Shown here: positions 56,996-64,000 of the stretch, piece after piece
Layout of the letters: each line of letters begins with the position of its first letter
How positions within the stretch are numbered: position 1 is the first letter of the stretch
Source of the DNA: Spirochaetota bacterium
Lineage (GTDB): Bacteria; Spirochaetota; UBA4802; UBA5550
Length of the DNA stretch: 64,000 nt
Assembly: GCA_963663865.1 (NCBI GenBank)
Contig: OY760686.1
Span: 2,880,001 to 2,944,000, forward strand
Direction of reading: 5' to 3'
Translations under genes and position numbers: made by a program
Notes under the pieces: model-generated
What the model was told of the DNA's origin: nothing
The model's input: only the letters and a program-made list of their open reading frames with translations
Database searches by the model: none

Positions 56996-58420
56996 TCAGC
57001 GTAGATCTCCGAGCGGAATCGCGAAAACGGGATCAACCTTGACCGGGGCCTTTTCAGCAGAAACAGCCGAGGATTTTTTCAGCAAGCCCTGTAGCTCCGA
57101 CAGTTTTGTTGACTGTGTCGGCTCAGGAAGCATCGTGTATGCAGAATTGGGATCCTCAACAGAGTAAAGCCCGTTAACGGCTACAAAGTAACCGTACGCG
57201 GAGTACGGAGCCTCAAAGGATTCCTGTGTCCCATCGGCGGAAAGGCTCATGTAAACAAATCCGTCACTGTTGTTATTAAAGACGCTGCCTGATTCAAGAA
57301 CGACACCAGCCCCCACCCCCATTGAAGCGCTCTCTGACTGCAAGAGCCCGAGTGAAGGCTTTGTGGCTATTTCATCATCATACTGATACAGCGGGCCTGA
57401 TATAAGCCCTGTATTCGCTGCGTACCATCTCAGAAGCAGACGGTTGAAGGTGTTGTCATCTGAATTGCCCCATTTGTCAGAGGAAAATGCGGAATCGTTT
57501 TTCACCGCTCTGACAACGGCCCTGTAGTCCATGTAATCATCGGTATAATCTGTGAGATAATCTTCTGCCGCATTAAAATATCCTTTGAAGAAGGCGTCCT
57601 TTGAGGCTGACTGTGACCTCAGATACTGAAAAAAGAGATAGGACTGCGAGTAGTTCAGCAGCTGAAGATCAACGTCCGTTGTGTTCCAGTAAAACAGAGA
57701 CTGGTTCTCAGCGAACAGGCCGGAAGCCATATATGCGTTATATCTGTTGAGGCTGTTGGTAATCTCTCCATAACACATGTGGTTTGCTGCCTCAGCGAAG
57801 CCCTCATCGATCCACGTATCTGAAAGAAACACGTCGTTTTTTACAGCGAATGAGGCGTGTACCAGGTGCTGAAACTCATGCGCGACCGTCCGCCAGGCGT
57901 CCTCGGTTTTAATGTTCTGAGGATAGCAGTCTATGTAAACCATGTCGGCTTCGTTGGACTTGAGCGCCTTATATGGGCTGAAAAGCAGAGAGGCGTTGCT
58001 GAAAAAGTCAGCTGTAAAGAAGTAACCGCCGACATAGGCCCCCGTGTTCTCAAAATCATCCTTAATGTCGCAGATGAGGAGTATGGTCTTGCCGTTTCTG
58101 TCGACATCGTAAACCTCGGTAAAGCTGCCGGTTACTGTAGGATATATCTTCCCGGAAAACTCCCTCATAATGGATTCGATGTCGGAGTCATCGGGCAAAT
58201 TGCCGTCAGCGTCCAGCGCGTTGTCGGCAACGTACACAACGGCGTGTGAATTTTCTCCCCTTTTTTCGGCTGAGACCCTGTACCATGCTTCCGAGTCATA
58301 GCGGTAATCACCAGTATATGAGAAATCGACCATCCAGAATTGGCGCGTTTCTTCGCTGCCGCACCCGGCTGCAAGAAAAGTAAGAAGTGCAACAGCTGCT
58401 GAAGTAAAAAAAGTTTTCAT
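56996..58420 (-). CDS. lipoprotein zinc metallopeptidase (M30/hyicolysin-like)
   Basis: Lipobox AAGC; DVDRNGK, YVGGYF, AHEFQHLV, WIDEGFAE, YSQSYLFFQYL. Confidence 0.8.
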   Translation of the reverse strand: MKTFFTSAAVALLTFLAAGCGSEETRQFWMVDFSYTGDYRYDSEAWYRVSAEKRGENSHAVVYVADNALDADGNLPDDSDIESIMREFSGKIYPTVTGSFTEVYDVDRNGKTILLICDIKDDFENTGAYVGGYFFTADFFSNASLLFSPYKALKSNEADMVYIDCYPQNIKTEDAWRTVAHEFQHLVHASFAVKNDVFLSDTWIDEGFAEAANHMCYGEITNSLNRYNAYMASGLFAENQSLFYWNTTDVDLQLLNYSQSYLFFQYLRSQSASKDAFFKGYFNAAEDYLTDYTDDYMDYRAVVRAVKNDSAFSSDKWGNSDDNTFNRLLLRWYAANTGLISGPLYQYDDEIATKPSLGLLQSESASMGVGAGVVLESGSVFNNNSDGFVYMSLSADGTQESFEAPYSAYGYFVAVNGLYSVEDPNSAYTMLPEPTQSTKLSELQGLLKKSSAVSAEKAPVKVDPVFAIPLGDLR

Positions 58421-58545
58421 CCCGCCTCTCCTTTCGGCCCTTGTTGCAGCCTGTAATCTATCCACTCGAGCAAAACTCCTGTTCAACAGTATGTGCCGGC
58501 AACTAAAATACTAAAAGAGGCCGTTACCGGCAAACATAAAACTCC

Positions 58546-59673
58546 CTATTGGAGATCAAAGAACATCCACTTAACATACCTTCTGACTGCCTCCATCTCC
58601 ATTCCATAACCGAGGTAGTAACCGTCAACCCAGACCTCAAAATGCAGATGACTCTGGTCCGTGTTGCCTCTCGTCTCCCCCAGCAGTCCCGAATTGCCCG
58701 CATATCCGAGCTTCTGTCCGCGCTTAACCTTTTTTCCGGCCTTAATTCCAGAAGCAATTTTCGAGAGATGGTTATATGTAACAACAACACCATTGCCGTG
58801 ATCAACCCAGACCTGCCTGCCGCCGAAGTCCCGTTTCACAAACGTTGTAGGGAATTTAGACTTGTATGAGGACTTTGCTCTCCACTCATCTTCCGTCATC
58901 GGCTTGTACCCGTGATCGGCCCTAATAACAACCCCGTCTCCGGCAGAAACTACCTCGGTATTGAAATTTACGGGAACGGCATCGAATGAGCCCTCTTCGT
59001 GATAGTAAAGTATATCAAGCCCCACATGCCTGCCGCCTCTGTAAGACCTGGGCGCGTTGGGATAGTTATAATCGCTCTCCGGAAGATATCCGTTTTTTAT
59101 GGGATATTGAAGCCCCTTAAGCCTTCTATCAAAATAGCTTATACGGGAACTCCCCATATAGCAGGCAACCTCAGCTATTGCCGCGTATCCCCCGTAGGTT
59201 TCTGCAGCGGGCACGTAGATTCTAAAGGTGCTGGCGTCGACACCTCCGAGATCAATGCTCACGAAACCGTCATTATCATCCATTGAATCACGAATGTCCT
59301 CATCAAGCAGGTTAATTTTGGCAAAGTCGAACCACTCCCCCTCGTAGAGAAACTGAAGCCTGAACCCCTTTATTGTTTCATAGTTATTCTTCTTTCCAGG
59401 CTTAACAGCCATTCTTGTAAACAGCCTCTTTACGCCGAAGTCAACTTCAAGCCAGTGGTCAGCCCCAGTTGATGATGATATCCATGATGTTGATGCATCC
59501 TCATCAATGGCCTTGTCTCCCCTGTAAATGCTCGCGTATGACGAGCTTGCGGCATAGTATATCTTCTGCATTGAATTCTGACCACTGAGAATATACTCCT
59601 TTCCGTTAGTGTCTCGTACTGGCACCTGTGTCACGGCGAGTACCGCGGCACAGCAAATTGCTGCGAAATTCAT
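58546..59673 (-). CDS. secreted discoidin (F5/8 type C) + M23 peptidase
   Basis: AIDEDASTSW...WLEVDFG discoidin; HVGLD, YNHL, GNSG, HLHFEV. Confidence 0.85.
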   Translation of the reverse strand: MNFAAICCAAVLAVTQVPVRDTNGKEYILSGQNSMQKIYYAASSSYASIYRGDKAIDEDASTSWISSSTGADHWLEVDFGVKRLFTRMAVKPGKKNNYETIKGFRLQFLYEGEWFDFAKINLLDEDIRDSMDDNDGFVSIDLGGVDASTFRIYVPAAETYGGYAAIAEVACYMGSSRISYFDRRLKGLQYPIKNGYLPESDYNYPNAPRSYRGGRHVGLDILYYHEEGSFDAVPVNFNTEVVSAGDGVVIRADHGYKPMTEDEWRAKSSYKSKFPTTFVKRDFGGRQVWVDHGNGVVVTYNHLSKIASGIKAGKKVKRGQKLGYAGNSGLLGETRGNTDQSHLHFEVWVDGYYLGYGMEMEAVRRYVKWMFFDLQ

Positions 59674-59694
59674 CTATTAAGTCCTCCGAATGTT

Positions 59695-60954
59695 CTAATC
59701 AATATTAAGGGCTTTGTAGTGCAGTTTAATCAGAGCGGGTAAAGTTGAAAGCACCGGGATAGCGGCTCCCGCCGCCAGAATTGCTTTTCCAAGATCATCA
59801 GGCACAGAGAGGCTGATCTTCAATCCCGCGACAAGAGGGATCTCCTTTATCAGGCCGGCAGAGTAACGGATAGCAGCAAGAGCGCAGCCTGACGCGGCCA
59901 GGCCGAGAACAAGATACTTTATGACCACAGCTGAAGACAGAAAGAGCTTCGAGGCGCCAACCATTCTCATAATACGGTAGTACTCAATCCTGTTCATTAC
60001 CGCAATCATTGTCGAGAACGCAACAGCAACCGTCGTTATGAAAATCACCAGGTACATAAGTCCGTCAATAAGCAAAGCTGCGTTTTTCTTGAGAGCTACA
60101 ATATGACCTGAAAGGCTCTTCTCGGTTTCAACATTGAAGCCCATTTTTGATATTCGGGATGAGGCCTTTAAAAGTTCCGAATGTCCCTTTGCCTCAACAA
60201 AAGCATACAGGTACTCGTCGTATCCGGGATTATACTTTCTGTTGTACATCCTCATCGCCGGCTCAGGTACAACCAGAGCAAGCGAGTCTATTCTGTTAGT
60301 GATACCGGCAACAGATGCTCTTGTTATCACATGATCTTCAAGCTCCTTGATGCTTGAGCGGCCGAATGCCAGCGAAAAGCTCATCCCCTCGGCAGCCTTA
60401 GCTGAAATTCTTGGAAGGTTATTTGCGTCAGCCATGCCGTCATTATACGCGTCAAGAATTGTCTCGGGGATAAGAACCGGCATTTCTCCATCAAAGTCTC
60501 CCGATGACCAGCGTCTCCGGGCCTCCCCTGATTTAAGATCCCTGCTGATATATCTGTAAGGCACACCAAGCGCCGAAAGATCCGTCCTGTAGTTTAGTCC
60601 AAAAAAGGATATTTTAGCCTGCATCGGTATGGCTGATGCCATGACCGGATAAACGCTTTTGATTCCGTCCATGCGCCTGATCTTCGACACAGCCTGCCCG
60701 TCAAGCTGCTTGACTGACGGGTCTTTGCTTTTAAAAAAAAGAACTCCTGTCTCCTTTTGAAGCGGAGAGACTTTCATGGTATTCGGCGGTATCACCGAGG
60801 CAAAACGCCTGTCAATATAGTCACTGAAATTTGAACCAGCGATGTAAAAGAAGGCAGCCGATATCACCGAAGCAAAAATAGAGCAGAACACTATAAGGCT
60901 GATGAATCTTCCGCTGAAGATTTCTTTAAGAACAAGTAACGGCTTCTGTATCAT
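59695..60954 (-). CDS. MacB/FtsX-type ABC transporter permease
   Basis: TM - large periplasmic domain - 3 TM; RIEYYRIMRMVGASK. Confidence 0.8.
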   Translation of the reverse strand: MIQKPLLVLKEIFSGRFISLIVFCSIFASVISAAFFYIAGSNFSDYIDRRFASVIPPNTMKVSPLQKETGVLFFKSKDPSVKQLDGQAVSKIRRMDGIKSVYPVMASAIPMQAKISFFGLNYRTDLSALGVPYRYISRDLKSGEARRRWSSGDFDGEMPVLIPETILDAYNDGMADANNLPRISAKAAEGMSFSLAFGRSSIKELEDHVITRASVAGITNRIDSLALVVPEPAMRMYNRKYNPGYDEYLYAFVEAKGHSELLKASSRISKMGFNVETEKSLSGHIVALKKNAALLIDGLMYLVIFITTVAVAFSTMIAVMNRIEYYRIMRMVGASKLFLSSAVVIKYLVLGLAASGCALAAIRYSAGLIKEIPLVAGLKISLSVPDDLGKAILAAGAAIPVLSTLPALIKLHYKALNID

Positions 60955-61619
60955 ATCAGCTTAAGCACCCCGTCTTCCATATTGTAAACCCTGTCCGAAC
61001 GCTCATGCATGTAGTCAGTGTGAGTAATAATAAGAACAGATGTTCCGCTGCTCTTGATGTCCTCAAGAATCGAAAATATCTCCAGGGCGGTTTGCTTATC
61101 AAGATTGGCTGTAGGCTCATCCGCAAGGATCAACGACGGCCTGTTTATAAGAGCGCGGGCAATAGCAACCCGCTGCTTCTGGCCTCCCGATAGCCGTCCG
61201 GCGCGGGTATTTCTGTACTTGTATATCCTCAGCCTGCTCATAAGCTCGCGGGCATAGAGAACCGTATCACTGCCGACCTTTCCGCGTATACGCGCCGGCA
61301 GCAGGACATTCGCGAAAACCGTTTCATCGGGGATCAGTCTGAAATTCTGGAAGATGAAGCCAAGATGCCTGTTCCGGCGCCTCGAGGCAAGGATGTCAAA
61401 AAAGTTGAAAATCCTTCTTCCTCGTAAATGCAGCTTCCCATGGTCTGATGAGATGACGCCCGCAATGATGTTGAGCATCGTTGTTTTCCCGCATCCCGAC
61501 TTTCCAGTGACAGAGACTATTTCGCCCTCTCCTATATCAAGAGAGAGCCCCCTGAGAACGGGGGTCCTGACACCGGCGATGCGGAAGCTCTTATGAATAT
61601 TATCAAGCTTTAGGAGCAT
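60951..61619 (-). CDS. ABC transporter ATP-binding protein (LolD/MacB-like)
   Basis: [34 protein letters not shown]. Confidence 0.95.
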   Translation of the reverse strand: MLLKLDNIHKSFRIAGVRTPVLRGLSLDIGEGEIVSVTGKSGCGKTTMLNIIAGVISSDHGKLHLRGRRIFNFFDILASRRRNRHLGFIFQNFRLIPDETVFANVLLPARIRGKVGSDTVLYARELMSRLRIYKYRNTRAGRLSGGQKQRVAIARALINRPSLILADEPTANLDKQTALEIFSILEDIKSSGTSVLIITHTDYMHERSDRVYNMEDGVLKLI

Positions 61620-61621
61620 AG

Positions 61622-61804
61622 CTATTCAGAAAGAAGCTTTCCGCCGACCCCCCAGTTTTCCCTGTCATGCTCTTCAATGAGCACGTATGTGGCAGAGGGC
61701 TTCTTGCCGGCGGTTTCTTCAAGAAGCGACGTAATTCCTTCTACAATCTTTCTCTTCTGGTCAACGGTAAGACCTCCGCCGACTTTGACATTGACAAACG
61801 GCAT
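61622..61804 (-). CDS. 4-oxalocrotonate tautomerase family protein
   Basis: N-terminal catalytic Pro (MPFVNVK), QKRKIVEGIT, ENWGVGG; 60 aa. Confidence 0.9.
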   Translation of the reverse strand: MPFVNVKVGGGLTVDQKRKIVEGITSLLEETAGKKPSATYVLIEEHDRENWGVGGKLLSE

Positions 61805-61870
61805 ATATACCTCCACAAATAACGTAGACTATTAATACCTACGCCCGCGGCGATGTCAAGCAAACTCTGT

Positions 61871-63931
61871 TTACTTTAGAATCAATGGGAAGGTTGCAGA
61901 TACATTCACCTTCACAAGGGGATCCCTCTTCAAATCAGAGTGATCCAAAACGTTGTGAGCGACAATCTCTCCACCATGCCTTTGTACAATTTTATCAACC
62001 ATAGTCAGGCCTACACCAAAGTCAAGCGTGCCGAAGGAGTCATATACATATTTGGAGAGCCTGTAGAAAGGCTCAAATATCGCCTTTTCATACTCAGGCG
62101 GAACACCTGTAATGTTCTCGTCAGCCTTTTCCGGATCGTTGACTATGGATATTACGGCATTTGAACCTGAATTGTGGAGCATCACGGCAATTATCGTGTT
62201 CTTTTTGGAAAACTTCATAGCATTGAGAAGAAGCTCTCTCATCGCCGAGTATAAATATTCACGGTTGATATTAATTCTCTCCAGAGCTATCAGAGGATCC
62301 AGTTCATTGATAATAATCTTCTGGTTTCTTAATATCAGAAAATCAGAGAGGTCCGAAATAATCATCCGGACAAAATAATGGAGTTCCTTGAGTGTAACCG
62401 GCCCGAGCTCAAATTCGTTACCTATTATCCAGTCAATAGTCGAAAAAACTTTGAAGGCGTTTTGAGCTATAACAATATTCTTTCCAATAAGCTCAAGAAC
62501 TCCGCTGTCAACAGCAGTTCTGCTTCCCTTATCTTCAGCTCCGCTCATCAGCATTTCAAAAAGGGTAATCATGGCGCCGAAACCGGCTCCCTGGGTAAAG
62601 CTGTTATTAATGTTTCTGAAGAGGCTTCTGTCCGAGCGGGAAACATTACGCGCAACCATCATATCTTTCCATTCGCGCCAGTTCATCTCCATGTCTATCT
62701 GGCCTATTTTGTCTTCGGAAATAGTATCACGTATCTTTTCCAGCTCCATCCTCTCTCGCCTTTCAGCAGTTATATCGTCAGCAAGAATGATGTATCTGCA
62801 GTTTGCCTCATCATCCTCCATAATTCTGGAAACCGTGGCTTTTGTGTAATATATCTCACCGGATTTGCTCAGGCCATACATCTCATTCCGCCATTTTTCT
62901 CCAGCGGTAATCTCCTGCCACAGCTCGGGTTCCGGAAGAACCGGGTTGCCCGGCTTTGTGATATCAGCACCGACAACCTCATCCATGGCGAAACCGGAGA
63001 TTTCAAGAAAGCGGGTGTTCACGTATTCAATCTGAGCTTTTGGATTCACAATAATAGCCATGAACGGCATTTGATTTATCGCATAGCTGAAAACTCTTAT
63101 GTTTCTCTCGCTGGCCTCTCTGAGCCTTATCTCATTCTGTAGTGTCTTGTTAACCGATACTATCTCAGCAGTGCGCTCTTCAACTCTTCGCTCCAGACTC
63201 TCCTTGTACTCAAGAAGCTCCTTCTCGGCGAGTTTGGCCTTAGTGATGTCCCTGACAATCACAAGGGCCGTATCCTCTGCCGAAGGAATTATTCTTGCCT
63301 CAAAGTATTTTTCATAAGGATCTTCCTCAATCGAGTACTCAAATGACTCGGGACTGTCCGCTTCAACGGCTTTCCTCACCATGCCGGAAGCATGCCGTGC
63401 GACCTGCTCGGGCCAGATTTTTCGAGCAATAGCGGCCTTTGAACTGTCTAAAAAGCTTCCGTCTTTTTTCAGGTTAAACATTACGTCAGGAATACTCTCA
63501 ATGATGTCCCGGTTATGCTTTTCACTTACCAAAAGCCTCTTTTCTATCTCATAGCGGTGAAGCCCGAGCTCAATAGTGCTGACGAGCATATTCCGGTTAA
63601 ATGGCTTAATAATAAAACCTGACGGCATGGTCTCCTTCGCCCTTTCGAACGTCGCATCATCCGTACCGCTTGTTATGTAGATGTGCGGAATGCTGTGTTT
63701 CGATGAAATAATTCCGGCGGCCTCCACACCGTCAAGCTCCCCGTTAAGCGTTATATCCATAAGAACGATGTCGGGCTTCATTGTGCCCGCTTTTTCAATG
63801 GCATCCTCACCTGAGTCCACCGAAGAAATGATCACATCACCGCACTTTTCAATCATCTTGCGAAGAGCAAGCGCGTCTACCCTGTCGTCTTCCACTATAA
63901 GTATTTTTTTTATTCCCGCGCACTTCCCCAT
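61871..63931 (-). CDS. REC-PAS-PAS-HATPase hybrid sensor (atypical histidine kinase)
   Basis: REC (VEDD, LMDI, IKP); two PAS-like segments; ELLLNAMKFS, FEPFYR, FGVGL. Confidence 0.85.
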   Translation of the reverse strand: MGKCAGIKKILIVEDDRVDALALRKMIEKCGDVIISSVDSGEDAIEKAGTMKPDIVLMDITLNGELDGVEAAGIISSKHSIPHIYITSGTDDATFERAKETMPSGFIIKPFNRNMLVSTIELGLHRYEIEKRLLVSEKHNRDIIESIPDVMFNLKKDGSFLDSSKAAIARKIWPEQVARHASGMVRKAVEADSPESFEYSIEEDPYEKYFEARIIPSAEDTALVIVRDITKAKLAEKELLEYKESLERRVEERTAEIVSVNKTLQNEIRLREASERNIRVFSYAINQMPFMAIIVNPKAQIEYVNTRFLEISGFAMDEVVGADITKPGNPVLPEPELWQEITAGEKWRNEMYGLSKSGEIYYTKATVSRIMEDDEANCRYIILADDITAERRERMELEKIRDTISEDKIGQIDMEMNWREWKDMMVARNVSRSDRSLFRNINNSFTQGAGFGAMITLFEMLMSGAEDKGSRTAVDSGVLELIGKNIVIAQNAFKVFSTIDWIIGNEFELGPVTLKELHYFVRMIISDLSDFLILRNQKIIINELDPLIALERININREYLYSAMRELLLNAMKFSKKNTIIAVMLHNSGSNAVISIVNDPEKADENITGVPPEYEKAIFEPFYRLSKYVYDSFGTLDFGVGLTMVDKIVQRHGGEIVAHNVLDHSDLKRDPLVKVNVSATFPLILK

Positions 63932-64000
63932 AACAGTTCCTCTTCAGGTAAATGATAGCGCTACACGCACCCGGCCACAGAATTCAGTGCCAGGTTCGGG

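Overview
A 64-kb bacterial chromosomal segment, probably from a diderm spirochaete of Leptospira-like character (inferred from gene style, not from a marker gene). It carries about 55 CDS and two tRNAs (Pro-CGG, Trp-CCA). Housekeeping genes are plsB, gpmI, purF, trmB, galE, a class B PBP, lepB, mutS2, trxB and plsC. Envelope genes are abundant: a TonB/TBDR/OmpA operon, several outer-membrane beta-barrel proteins and lipoproteins, and a TetR-TolC-RND efflux locus. Signalling genes include STAS/RsbW partners, an MCP, an HD-GYP protein and an atypical histidine kinase. No CRISPR array, rRNA, transposase or phage genes were recognised. The most unusual signals are: (1) a 13 x 21-bp array of palindromic units (46154-46426) that is also an open Cys-heptad ORF; (2) a long rod-like, G-U-rich structured RNA candidate at 32407-32610 on the minus strand; (3) a Nif11-like RiPP precursor transcribed divergently from a TonB-receptor operon; (4) a lipoprotein with an M23 peptidase inserted inside one ankyrin repeat, lying between an RxxxR micro-protein and an HD-GYP gene; (5) a shared tandem operator that links an unknown outer-membrane protein to the TetR-TolC-RND locus, which lacks a periplasmic adaptor; (6) a His-Cys peptidase with a separately encoded propeptide-like lipoprotein just downstream of tRNA-Trp. 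All family assignments come from motifs recognised by eye; no searches were run.
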